Source of the DNA: Mitosporidium daphniae
Lineage: Eukaryota
Assembly (NCBI RefSeq): GCF_000760515.2
Contig: NW_013546478.1
Coordinates: 1-44,132, forward strand
DNA length: 44,132 bases
Direction of reading: 5' to 3'
Translations under genes and position numbers: made by a program
Part shown: positions 32,838 to 44,132 of the stretch, one piece after another
Position numbering within the stretch: position 1 is the first letter of the stretch
How the letters are laid out: each line of letters opens with the position of its first letter
Notes under the pieces: generated by a model
Told to the model about the DNA's origin: nothing
Databases searched by the model: none
Seen by the model: only the letters and a program-made list of their open reading frames with translations

Positions 32838-34433
32838 ATGGCTATATCACCGATACTTATTTTTCAATATGTCAAGGCTAAATGTCGAAAAGTTTTTTCA
32901 AAAGGCACTGTTTCTGATGTTTCAGAGGCAATTTCTAGCTCCTTTCCTACGTTTGAGGTTGCTCAATCCAAAGAGGGGACTCGCCTTGTATTTGATTACG
33001 ATCCAAGAAGGTTCACGTCATCATCAATCGTTGCAATGCTACTGCCAAACAGCAGAGAGAAGAGACTGGCCGTTTATATTTCCCTGGCTTTGATTTTCAT
33101 TTTCATAGCGTTTTTGCTACATTTTACCCTGATCGTCGTGGGGTTGGGGTTGGCCTACAAGTCATATGTCTTTTCGTTTCATCCACAGCTTCTCAACATT
33201 ACGTATTTGGATTCTTTATCAATGCCTGTGCATTTCGAGGCCCATGCCATTTCCGTGTCATTTGTGGACATTTTGTTCAAAAAGTTTACCGTTGACGTTT
33301 TTGCAGCGAACGATACGGACCTCGAATATCCTATCCTTTCGCATACGCTGAATAACCTTTGTTTTTATGGAAGCAGGAAAAAGAACCACATAGTATGCGA
33401 TATAGGCGTCAATTTAACGGACCGCTTTCCGTTTATCGATTTTTCTAAAAACTACGAGTTTCTTGTCAGGTACTCTTTCCAATGGGATCTGAGCTGCGCC
33501 TGGATTCCATCTTCCATATCTCATTTTATTTTGACCAAAGAAACCCTCTATGCTCCTGCGGAAATTTTTACCATTGAGCATGGTTCGGCTGGTGATGTCA
33601 TTCTGGTTGCCAAGGACCCGCCGCCAGAAGTTGAAAACGAGTCTTCCGGAGATTGGGAGTTTGATACGGCCTCATATTCGTTGATTTTTATAGCCAACAG
33701 GCTTTCATATGACGCCCAATATGGGATTTTTACTCTAGACACATTCACCGTTTATGCAGAGCAATCTTCCATCATTTTGGATATCCAACTACTATACAAG
33801 CACAATCTCGAATATCTTGCTGTCTCTTTTCCAGAGAGCAAGTTTGTAATCTCCGTCAAAAGCGGCGAAGAACATATTGATGACCAGTTAATTGGATATG
33901 GCAAAATTGATCCCATTAACATCAACCCTAATGATCGTCCATCTCGAGTTCGATTTACCATCGAGGTACCTTTTGAACATAATGGTAAACGTGTCAATGG
34001 TACCTTCGAATTAGGCAATGGCTCATCCAACTCATCAACCATTCCTGGCCTTAGTATGGAGGAGTTTGAACGGTTTTTATATTCAACAAAAGTTAACCAG
34101 CACCCGTCTTGGAATAGCGGTAATATTACAGATGTGAAGCCATTGAAGGAAATCACAGGGACTCCCGGAAAAATTCAAAACATCCTAAGGAACTATCTGA
34201 CCAGAAAGTCCCCAATTCTTTTAAATCTTCTTTTTAAGGATGTGGGGGATAACATCTTTGAGAAATGGGTTAACAACCAGGGAGGTGTTCGTATAAAGCT
34301 CAAAGGAAGCTCGTCGACGAGCCCCCACTTCCAGTTTTATATTTCTCTGATTGTGGTTTTTGGACATATCTTTGATTTATATATTGATGCCAGCCATTTT
34401 ATTCTATTCCTTAAGCACATCCTTCGGGTATAA
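32838..34433 (+). CDS. Hypothetical membrane protein (N-proximal TM, beta-rich ectodomain, hydrophobic C-terminus)
   Basis: Long intronless ORF (531 aa from ATG 32838); TM segment LAVYISLALIFIFIAFLLHFTLIVVGLGLAY; no family recognised. Confidence 0.7.
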   Translation: MAISPILIFQYVKAKCRKVFSKGTVSDVSEAISSSFPTFEVAQSKEGTRLVFDYDPRRFTSSSIVAMLLPNSREKRLAVYISLALIFIFIAFLLHFTLIVVGLGLAYKSYVFSFHPQLLNITYLDSLSMPVHFEAHAISVSFVDILFKKFTVDVFAANDTDLEYPILSHTLNNLCFYGSRKKNHIVCDIGVNLTDRFPFIDFSKNYEFLVRYSFQWDLSCAWIPSSISHFILTKETLYAPAEIFTIEHGSAGDVILVAKDPPPEVENESSGDWEFDTASYSLIFIANRLSYDAQYGIFTLDTFTVYAEQSSIILDIQLLYKHNLEYLAVSFPESKFVISVKSGEEHIDDQLIGYGKIDPININPNDRPSRVRFTIEVPFEHNGKRVNGTFELGNGSSNSSTIPGLSMEEFERFLYSTKVNQHPSWNSGNITDVKPLKEITGTPGKIQNILRNYLTRKSPILLNLLFKDVGDNIFEKWVNNQGGVRIKLKGSSSTSPHFQFYISLIVVFGHIFDLYIDASHFILFLKHILRV

Positions 34434-34587
34434 GTTTTCTATGTGTATATATAATAAATCGAGCAACTTATCTTTCGCCTTTGCCACTCACACCACACGG
34501 CATTACTAATTGCCTTGGCCAAATGTAATCGGCTAGCAAATTCTGGCCATTCATTAATCGAGTCATTAATTGAATTTAGTTTACTGA

Positions 34588-35034
34588 TTAGGCTTTTATG
34601 GGGACGCTTTCCTCAACTGCTGCAGTGGCACGTGTGTAAATTGGAAGAGATGAATGGCAAAGGACCTTCTTGATAAGTCCTTTAGCCTCAAGTTCCTTAA
34701 TGGCGACACGGGCTAGAGAAGCAGAGATCTTCATGCGATCGACTAATATGGCTGTAGTTATGAGTTTGTAAGTGGGGGTCTCCTTATAGATCTTGTCATA
34801 TGTAGCCTTATCAAGGGTAACTGCATTGTTGGCCTTATCCTTGATTTTGACTTTGGACCACTTCTTCTTTTTGGCCTTTCCTCCAGAATTGGAAGGTTTA
34901 GTGGCTTCTGCCTTTGTCTTGCCCTAAACATGGTTAGAAAAAAAAAATTCAACCACTACGCAATGGAATAAAAAGACTTATGATGGATGTAATTTATAGA
35001 TATAGAGGTGGAAATCGGTGAACACACTTACCAT
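34588..35034 (-). CDS. RPS25: 40S ribosomal protein S25 (eS25); ATG-only first exon then 108-nt intron (34924-35031)
   Basis: Missed by the ORF track. [36 protein letters not shown]...YKLIT...[11 protein letters not shown]...IYTRAT; intron GTAAGT...CTAAC...TAG. Confidence 0.96.
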
Positions 35035-35168
35035 AGAGATTAAAAATTTTGGCAAATTTTAATTCAAATTGTAATTGAAATTAATTTAGTTTAATTTGTT
35101 GATTGGACTACATTGAGACGAATGAGTGTCCAATTCTAATAAGTATCTGGCTTTTCCATTAACGTCCC

Positions 35169-37304
35169 ATGTCCAGCACCATTATATCGTCAAAATACGC
35201 CGAAGAGCTTTTGTTTGACGATCGTATCTGCTCAAGTACGGACATCTTGCTTATAACAACTAGATATCCCCATCCTCGCATTGAGACCACTGACGGATGA
35301 CGAGTTTTTTCACAACATATCACTGTCACATATTCGGAACTCAAAGATCAAGCGACCAAACCTGGAAAATATCAAGTCGCATTTGTTGAGGGAGGGGTTG
35401 TTGTCAGATTTTCAAGCCTTCTACCTTTGTGAATGTGTTTTATCGATATTCAAGGCAGAACCCAATTTATTGAAACTACCAGCGCCAATTAATAGTATTG
35501 GCTTCTTTTCCCCTTATTTCTAGTATGCGGCGATATCCATGGCCAATTTTACGACATGATTAAGATCTTTTCAGACGAGGTCGGAGGAGGTCTAGGATCA
35601 TCCTCTGGCAGCGCAGAAGATGGGGACGCTTGCTCGTCCACGGAAAAGAAATACTTGTTTTTGGGCGATTATGTTGATCGAGGCCTGTTTTCCATGGAGG
35701 TTTGTCAAATTTGGTCAAATTTCACCTAGTGCCTCTTTTATTTATTTTCTCTGAAAATTACATTTCCCGATCGGGTTTACATGCTTCGAGGAAATCATGA
35801 GTCTGCCCACATGACTCAGTATTTTACATTTCAGAACGAATGCACGAGAAAGTATTCACATCTTCTGTATACAAAGCTACTTGAAATTTTCAATGCACTT
35901 CCATTATGTGCAGTTGTAAATAACCAGCTGTTTTGTGTTCACGGTGGGATATCTCCATCATTAAAGACCTTAAAGGACATTGACAAGGTATTTTTTGCAT
36001 TGCCAATGTGTAGATTGATCGCTTCCAAGAGCCGCCGTCAAGTGGTTTGTATTGCGACTTGATGTGGTCCGACCCTTCTGCCACGTTTGATTTTGACTCG
36101 CCAGAAGGCGAAAAGTTTAGTCCTAATCGTGTTCGCGGTTGCTCTTACATTTACCACTTCAAAGCTGCTATGGAATTTTTGAACAAAAACAATCTTCTGT
36201 GTATAATAAGAGCCCATGAAGCACAGTCTGCAGGATTTCGAATGTACAAGACAAATCCGACCACCATGTTTCCCGCCGTAATTACGCTATTTTCAGCTCC
36301 AAATTATGTTGATGTGTATAACAACAAAGGTAGTAGCGTGTTTGTTTTCATTTCATAGCTGCGATCATGTATTATGATGGTGTTACAATGGACATCCGGC
36401 AGTTTTCACATAGCCCTCACCCGTATCACCTGCCAAATCTTATGGATGCATTCTCGTGGTCCATGCCATTTGTTGCACAGAAGATCTCAGATCTCTTTTT
36501 AGCAATTTTGACGAGCGTTGCAGATTCGGATACGCTTGCTGAAATATATTCCGACACCGCTAACCCCACATTTGATGATGGTACCTTTACCTCTGACCAG
36601 GACCAGATTGGTAATTACTTTGCAAAATGTGCTGATTTCATAGACAATTCGGAACTAAAATCAAGTCCTTTGGTTCATAAGATAAGGGCCGTTTCGAAGC
36701 TGATTAGGACTTATAATTTGTTGAGGTACCTCCTTTGTTTGTGTGACATTTATCGATAGAACTGAGCGGGAGTCTATCATTGAATTAAAGGCTCTGATGA
36801 GATCTGAAAAGCTTCCGTGTGGTACTCTTGCACTTGGCGCAGAGGGAATTCGGCAAGGTAAGCTACAAACATAAACCCTTTTTAGCAATTTCGTCCTTTG
36901 ATGTTGCAAAACGAAGCGACATTGAAAACGAGCATGTTCCTCCGGAGGATGAACATGCAACCTCGATGAGACAGATCCTAACGCCGTTTGAAGTTGAAAA
37001 GGAAATGTCAAGCGGAATACATGTCAATGACGATGAGAAGGATTCCAGAAAAAGATCCTCCGTGCAGTTAACGGAAGCGGTGGTACTTTGTGATCGGGGT
37101 GAAATCACAGGAAGGTCGGATAGCGTGTTCATTCCCCCGGTCATTATTAACAATGCGTCCTCCGGTGTCGCGGAAAACCCAAAAAACTTTATATACGAGG
37201 ATGGCGAAATCGAAGAGCCACTGGAAGAATTTGAGCCAAGAATATCTTCTGTTCAAAAATTTTTAAAGTCCATGTGTGGAAGGTATTCCTGTTCCAGGTC
37301 GTAA
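35169..37304 (+). CDS. CNA1: Calcineurin A catalytic subunit (PP2B), 7-8 introns
   Basis: [39 protein letters not shown], CnB-binding [21 protein letters not shown], CaM-binding KIRAVSK, autoinhibitory [15 protein letters not shown]. Confidence 0.95.
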
Positions 37305-37354
37305 TTTTTTTAATCAAATAAATTGTATTCCAAATTTTAATTGAATTTTTATTT

Positions 37355-38821
37355 ATGCCCAGCAGCGTAAAATTTCCAGTTGTTTCTGCTGCCACAACCA
37401 ATTCTGGACATGTAGATTCTTCTGCCGCCAAAAAAACCCCCCAAAAGGGACATGCATCTTTTGAAAAGTATCGGTCATTAATTAGCAAATATATTGAGAC
37501 AAAATTTCCCAAAACACCCAAGTATCCCAAAACATCCAGCATCAATGCCACTTTTCCTTTCAAAGAGCTAAGCTTTCTCGTTAGTTCGGTTATTTCCTCC
37601 TCAACCTCCAGATCTGATGAAACAATTCATGCATTCATCTACAAGCATAGCATTGTGGACGACGAGTTTAAATTGAATGTCCTCAATATCTTGCTGGCAC
37701 AACTGTTGAACCTTGAGAATTGTCTCAAAAAACCGTCAACTGAAGGAGATGCACCTTGTCTTATTTCAGTTGCCAAAAGAATAATATCGATCTTGCTTGT
37801 TTGCGCTGCTAAGGAGTCAAAGTCCAGCAAAGACTCAAGCTCGACAACTCTTAGGAAAGCATACACTCATTGCTGGGGTATTCTTTGTAAGATTTTGTTT
37901 TACTCGAGATGCCATTTGCCGCTATTCTGGTCCGAAATCTCACTGCTTTGCTTTAGTATTCTTCCTAGATACGCCCTTACTCAAATAGACAATCCCGGTC
38001 AGTTTATGGATCTTTTAAAGGATGTCACTGAAAATGTGGCAAAAACGGGCGAGCATGTGCTATTTGTCTTGGCTCTCGACTCGCTTTTAGTTCTTGTTAC
38101 TAAATTTCGACTGGATGTTCCCAATTTTTATTCGTTGATTTTTATGGCAATGCGATGGCTGGGAGAGCCCCGCATTTTTCGCAAGCTTGACAAAAGGTTA
38201 TCCTTGTTTGGCGAGATAAGCGATGTCGAGGAAGGAATTTTTTGCTCGCTACCAACACCTAAAGCCACGCTATTTACGTTGCTCGAGATTTCCTTAATCA
38301 AAACGGCATCTGTATCTCTTTCATCTGCTACGCTGCCTGCTGCCTTTGCCAAAAGGGCCTCGCAGTTGTTGCTGGTGGCTCCCGCACCCACAGCAATGTG
38401 GCTCATTCCTTTTATTTATGAATTGATACAAGCACATTCGGGATTGATCCCGCTCATACACAGGCCTGATTCCAAGCAAATTCCTTATGAGTTTGTCGAG
38501 ACCGAATCAGATCCTTTGATGAGCACTGCAATAAACTCTTCACTGTGGGAGTTGGACATGGTCAGATCCAGCCATATTAATGCTAGCGTTTCGGCGTTTA
38601 TTTCTATTTTTTCTACACAACATTTCAAAAAACATTCAGGCACCCCGGTAAAGCGGTTCCAACTATCAAAGTACCACGATATTTCATATGCTTCGATGGC
38701 TGAGGAGTATTCCCTGCTTGTTGATAAACCCAAGCGTTCATTCCAATGCGCCTTATCGGTTCCGCATCCGGGAAGACCGCAGCCGCTTGTTCACCAATAC
38801 GACTATGCAAGGATATTTTAG
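37355..38821 (+). CDS. NOC4: Noc4 / CBF-Mak21 domain nucleolar protein
   Basis: LALDSLLVLV...LDVPNFY, AAFAKRASQLLL.AP, IPFIYELIQ.H, DP....AINSSLWEL, H....VS. Confidence 0.82.
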   Translation: MPSSVKFPVVSAATTNSGHVDSSAAKKTPQKGHASFEKYRSLISKYIETKFPKTPKYPKTSSINATFPFKELSFLVSSVISSSTSRSDETIHAFIYKHSIVDDEFKLNVLNILLAQLLNLENCLKKPSTEGDAPCLISVAKRIISILLVCAAKESKSSKDSSSTTLRKAYTHCWGILCKILFYSRCHLPLFWSEISLLCFSILPRYALTQIDNPGQFMDLLKDVTENVAKTGEHVLFVLALDSLLVLVTKFRLDVPNFYSLIFMAMRWLGEPRIFRKLDKRLSLFGEISDVEEGIFCSLPTPKATLFTLLEISLIKTASVSLSSATLPAAFAKRASQLLLVAPAPTAMWLIPFIYELIQAHSGLIPLIHRPDSKQIPYEFVETESDPLMSTAINSSLWELDMVRSSHINASVSAFISIFSTQHFKKHSGTPVKRFQLSKYHDISYASMAEEYSLLVDKPKRSFQCALSVPHPGRPQPLVHQYDYARIF

Positions 38822-38887
38822 CTCAAGTAATAAACGCGTTACATGGTGTTTTTATTGGCCGTTAAGAATACCATCAAAGTTGGGGGA

Positions 38888-41800
38888 TCATACAAAACTG
38901 GCGATCTTTTTACCAAAAATGCGTGTAACTCTTTCCAGCTCTTTTGTGCAGGTTTTCCAACGGATGCTGTGAACAGAGGAATATGCTTTGGTGCACTTTG
39001 GACACCATTTAGAAACAGAACGATTTGAAGTGGTACCGCAAGAATAGCATTCAAACGAGGCAACGTCGGAGGCTGAACACACATCCCAGAGCAATATTTG
39101 CAAATGGCCGTATGCAGCCTGAGTGGCCTGGCTTTCAGAAATACCAAAATGACAGTACGGACAAACAGGCTTATCAGCAGCCAAATCAATCGTACATGTT
39201 GATGTGCAGTTTTGGCATTTCACAGAGACAAATATCTCCTCGCTTTCAAGGCAAAGTAGTTCGTTGTTCTGATCGAACAAATGGAGAGTCTTCAATGAGG
39301 AATTAATTACATTGGTCCCCGAGGCCAAGGCAAGTAAAGATCTGCTGATAGAATTTACATCAACCATTGAAATCCTCGAGTCCGTTGAAAGTAGCATAGA
39401 AATAAGACGAGCAAAAACGATCGACACATGCGGGGAATTGTTTTCTTTATCATCGTAGGCGGTGGCAAATTCTTGAACAAGACCAAAAAGATCCATCACG
39501 ATCTTTTCGCTAAATTGAGGTTCGTCTTCAGAGGTAGGAAAGATGGACGAGAGACCTTCAAATACCAGATGAATTGCCTTCGAAGCCCAGGCAGCAGCGT
39601 CTTGCGGGAGCAATTTGGCAGCGTAGCTCCAAATCCAGTCAGCCGAAACGCCAGAATCCGATGTCAACAGCTCGCTAAAGTAGTTAAAGCGATCCATCCA
39701 AAACAATCTCTTCAAGCCCGTCACAAGGTTCAAGTCTATCCAACATAGACCGGGCGTTTTAGCAATTTCGCCAATTGCCCAATTCAAGTGGTAAAGCGCA
39801 CTTGACTCGTCAGATTTGTTGGTGGCAATCAGCAACGCCGTGGACACCGATTTTTCTGAAGGCTGATTTCCCAGCGTCACGACGGTTAAGCCTAATCGAT
39901 TAAACTCTGATATTAGCAATAGAAAAAGTTTATGCCTCAATTGATAAATGCTTCCCAGCAGATTAGACGCAGGCCCTGACGAGTTGCAAATCCAATTGTC
40001 AAAAAAGCCTAGTACAACAATAGGCCCTGACATACCCTGTGCTTGCTTCTTCAATAGACTGCTGACGAGATTGATAAGAGGCAAAATTGACTGCTTCCCC
40101 TGCATGGTATGGATAGGAAAAGCACCCAAAGATGTTACGAAAGATTCGGATTTCAATGTTTCTCTGATTATTCGATTCATTCTTCTTAGGACCGGAGATG
40201 AACTATCCTCGACGCCATTAAGGTACTTTTGTGCATCTTTTTTGATGCAAAGCTCTGCATCATCTTCTGTGCTTGCGTTCGTATCTACATTATCAGATGG
40301 GATAAGCACAGAGGCTTCTAAAACTGCGCAAATGAAAATCGAATTTAGTTCGAGTTTAAAGCAAACATTCTCATAAAACCCGGGTTGGTTGAGAAAAGTA
40401 TTCGCACAACTTTGATCGGGAAAAGGTCTTTCTTGATGCTTGTTAAAAGAAACCCCCAGAAGAGGCTTCGTATTTAGAGAACAATTTTTGGTTTCCAACA
40501 ATGCACTTTGGATGGAAAGATATTCCCCCAAATTTAGATTAGACCGCTCTTGATCACATTTCATCGAGAAAACACGACCGGATGCCCTTAGGGATCTCAC
40601 GTAAGCAATATCCAAATTTGCCCATTCATCATGAGGCCAGTTTTGCCGACAAAGCGGGATATTAAGCGTACGACAGATATCAAGCTCATCCTTTATCCAA
40701 GGTTGAACAGAAAGAAATGAATGGAAAGATTCCTTCAAATAGTATTGAGAAAGAGCCAAAGCCTGAGATATATCGGAGGGCCCGGAGCTTGCCAATTTTC
40801 TCCATAATATTGGACGTTCTTCTTGGTTGATGGACCGACTTAAAAGATCTGAGTTGCTTTGAATCACCAACAATGCAGAAGTAGCGCTATATATTGTATT
40901 TAGATGGTGTAAAAGCGAATTGGCGAACTGCTTGGTACTAGAGGTGGTATCGATTGTAAATGAAGAGATCTCAATGTTCATTGAGAGTGCGATTTTTTCG
41001 GCTGCACTCTTTGAAATAGCTTCAATGCCAGAGCTAATAATGATGGCCTTCAGTGAAGGCGGTGTCTCCGAAATGATCAGCAAAAAGTTCGAGTTTTTGT
41101 GCTCGCTATGAAATACGAACAAAATTGGAAGGCTACATGGCAAGTACAAATTGGATATTTCGTCTTTCCTGGTGCAGATTGATGTTGAACCCTTAACAAC
41201 AGCGCCGATTTCAAGCAGTGCCTTAAAATGAGGATCGGCCATTTCGTAGATCGCAAGGACATTTTGATGGAATATCAAGTTCGCACCAAAAGAGGGCTGT
41301 GTGATCCACAATAAAACGCCTTCTGGTGCCGTTCCATCGGGCAATATTGAATATGGAGCCTTTTCTTGTTCATAAAGGACAGACCAATGTTTCAATTTAC
41401 AATACTGAAGGAAAGATGCAATTCCAGCTGGCTCAACCTCAACACAAACCGAAAATGCTTCTTGAATCTCAATATCAAATCTTTGAAGGCTACTGAGAGG
41501 CCCGCCCTTTCCATTGTAGTATAATGGAAGTAGCCAGACTCGAAACTTTCTTTCGCTCTTGAGCAAGGAAACTCCAAGAACCGAGCAAGGACCCTGGTGG
41601 AAGGATGGAAGTGACCATCTAGTGCCTCTTTTTTTCTTTGCAACATTAATAGATGACCAACGGAATCTCATTGCTTGAAGCCATTTTTTGTAACTTGAGT
41701 GGAGCAGTTCATGCCGTGGTGCTTGAGACTTGCAAACTTGTATCTCAGGTATCAGGAGAAGGGCCGGGTCCTCCAAAAAAGGAACAGTTTCAATCATAGA

Positions 41801-44132
41801 GAGGTTTGCTGAGTTCGCCTTCCACGAATTCTTTAGCGACTGCTGAATTTTCTTGTTGTCCGATGAAATATTTTTCCCGGAGTGCATCAACCATGACGGT
41901 GCTTGGACCCGCTTTCCAAACGGATTTGCTATCCCCTGCATAGCAGCAGGTATTACTATCAGTTTAAGGACAAGAGATATAAATCTCTCCTTATAGTATG
42001 CCCAATCCAGCACATCATGTAAGGACAAGGAAGACGTATTGCCCCCAATCGATTTTATCCACGATGTCAAATAAAACTCACGGACCTCGGATTCTGCAGA
42101 CCATATTGCAACTGGAATCGCCTTTTCTGCAACAGAGAAATTCGAAGATCCATTTGCGATGACATAGGCGCACGTAAGCGACGCTGAAGTTCCGCCTCCA
42201 GCAAGAATGCCATTCCCGAGAAATTCTGACAGCCTTTTTGCCGTCGTCAAGGAGGGAGATTTAGCAGAATTACTATAATGGCTCAAGGGCTTGCTCATCG
42301 TTCTGCTTTCAGTAACCAATTCAAAAAGCTCATGAGCAGATAGCAATTTGGCCTTTGAATCAAGCAAATCCAGCCATTTGCTTGCTACCTTTGAAACATG
42401 TTCATAGCATTGGAGGAGTGAAGACCCCTCCAAGTAAGCATTAAAAAGCTCGCTTTGAAAAAGCTTTGTCAAACGAAGCTCTCCTCTTCGCTTGACCTCA
42501 AATCCCTTTAGCTCAGCTAAAGATCCATCAGAAGAAAATACGGCATATCGTTTTTTTAAAAGCCTATCTTCATCCATGGANGCTGGAAGGATCATGGCCC
42601 TATAGGGACCATCAATCTCGAAAAAAATTGAATTTTCACTTTTAATTTCATATTGACGATCCTTTGGCGGACATGAAGTTGGAGATAAAAGAGAATGATA
42701 TTGGTCGTTGGTAAATAGAGAGTGAACAAGCCTGTTTAGAAGGACACAAGGATATGAGAGAGTGATCGACCTTCCACAAATTAGGGGTATCTTGATACTG
42801 TCCGGGAACGATGCGGGAAGCATTAACCAAATACCATCAGTATCCAGCTCAAGTGGACGTCCCAGCCTTTCCATCCACTGCCTTGCCAATCGAATTATTG
42901 ATCCTCCTGTTTCACAAACAACGCCTGCCATTTCCATCGAATACCATCTAGAGCCTTTTTTCATGACATATCCATAAAAAGAGTTCAGGATGACCTAAGA
43001 AAAGAAAACCAATGCTAACCTTATGGGCTAATTGTAAAGAATCATACAATACAACAAGCTTTTTTGCCTCTTCCAAGGCTACCGAGGATGTGAATGCCTT
43101 TTCCAGAGTCTTTTTGGCCTCCTTATGAAGAGTTTTATACTCGTATCTACGATCTCGAAATCTTTTAACAGTGTCAACGTAGAATGGATTTTCTTTCTGG
43201 CATACAATAGACGTTCTTTTCTCAATGCTGGTGGAATGTATTTTGTTGTAAATTTTCCTGCAATATGAGGACAATCGCTTCTTAAAAATGGTCTCCTGGT
43301 CGAGTGGTGAAAGATCGGCCCATCGTAAAGTTTTGCCACCTTTTTGAAAAACCTCTCCAGAGAGTTGATTTTGAATCATTTTGATTTCGTTTTTTTGTGC
43401 CACAAAGTGCTCACCACGCCATGACCACTCCAATGAGCGTTGGCAGCGCTTTCCTGGCCGATTATGGTCACATAGAGCACACGATTCCTCGCTCACAATT
43501 GCAGGGGGTTGGAGCCGATTTGTTAAAATGATGTTTGGATACATGGCAGCAACGTCCAAGTGATATATCAACGGCTTTTCTTCAAAAGTAGGGCATTTGA
43601 TAAGGGCATTTATAGTTTTTTTGGGCTCTTCAATAATAGAATCAAGGTCTTCAATTTCTTGTGGTGTGACTCCATGTTCAGATAATAAGGAAAACAAAAT
43701 GGTTTCGCGGAGCCCATTTTGTAGCTCTCCCAATGCGTCCACATCAAGGTTAAATTGGACAGGAAGGTCGCTTCTGAAAACCCCACTTTCAAGTGCCTCT
43801 ACATGGCCACCAACATACGTTTCTGTATCAATTAAATGTTTTCCATCTGGAGTCATGATATGTCCGCCTCCATAGGAAGTCTTGTCAGGCATAATGATAT
43901 GGGCCTGAAAAGCCTCTGCCATCAGCAACGTCTCACATAGTGCACCCGTGCCTTTTCTTAAGACGTCGTCAGGCGATAAAGGGATAATTGAGGAGAGCGA
44001 AAAAATGAAAGGATGAACATATTTGATGTACAAATGGTAAGTACATAGAGCATCTGAAACAGAATATGCGGCAAGCTTCTGGGGATCCTTATAAGCCAGA
44101 GCCATCATCTCTTCTGGATCCAGCTCCAGGGG
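38888..44132 (-). CDS. POL2: DNA polymerase epsilon catalytic subunit, 5'-partial, intron 42995-43019
   Basis: [67 protein letters not shown]-terminal CxxC...CxxC zinc fingers. Confidence 0.98.

Noticed and set aside
35025..35034. ACTTACC, U1 snRNA 5'-end-like
   Set aside because: It is the reverse complement of the RPS25 ATG/GTAAGT donor; no U1 stems or Sm site follow
6986..37304. Fragmented ORFs as pseudogenes or an alternative genetic code
   Set aside because: Every break is repaired by a GT-AG intron that restores conserved motifs; long intronless genes translate cleanly in the standard code
10347..44132. SMARCAL1, DMC1, MIS12 and POL2 as a functional cluster or mating-type locus
   Set aside because: Interspersed with unrelated housekeeping genes; no HMG-box or homeodomain gene in the window

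Overview
Eukaryotic, very gene-dense (about 28 protein genes in 44 kb, intergenic gaps mostly 5-250 bp) fungal-lineage DNA with about 50 hand-spliced GT-AG introns, nearly all 24-35 nt. Microsporidia-like compaction together with retained mitochondrial genes (SDH3, SDH4, mitoribosomal bL17m, AK2-type adenylate kinase) points, by inference, to an early-diverging mitochondriate microsporidian or Cryptomycota (Mitosporidium-like). Recognisable genes: SDH3, PAB1, an Hlj1-like DnaJ, a Vma12-like protein, a NADPH oxidase, ADK1, SMARCAL1, MRPL17, an ADAM protease, tRNA-Arg(CCT), FRS1, NOP4, OAT, AAR2, DMC1, a DUF5092-like protein, MIS12, SDH4, SUA5, RPS25, calcineurin A, NOC4 and a 5'-partial POL2. 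The best candidate for an undescribed system is a set of five dispersed, intronless, signal-peptide-bearing Cys-rich orphan genes, several with internal repeats. Four carry an upstream CAATTG palindrome that housekeeping-only promoters lack. Two appear to share a C-terminal motif, one resembles microsporidian EnP1 (from memory), and one abuts a divergent NOX that has a Cys-repeat N-terminus. This may be a spore-wall or infection-apparatus regulon. All family calls come from recognising motifs by eye; no searches were run.
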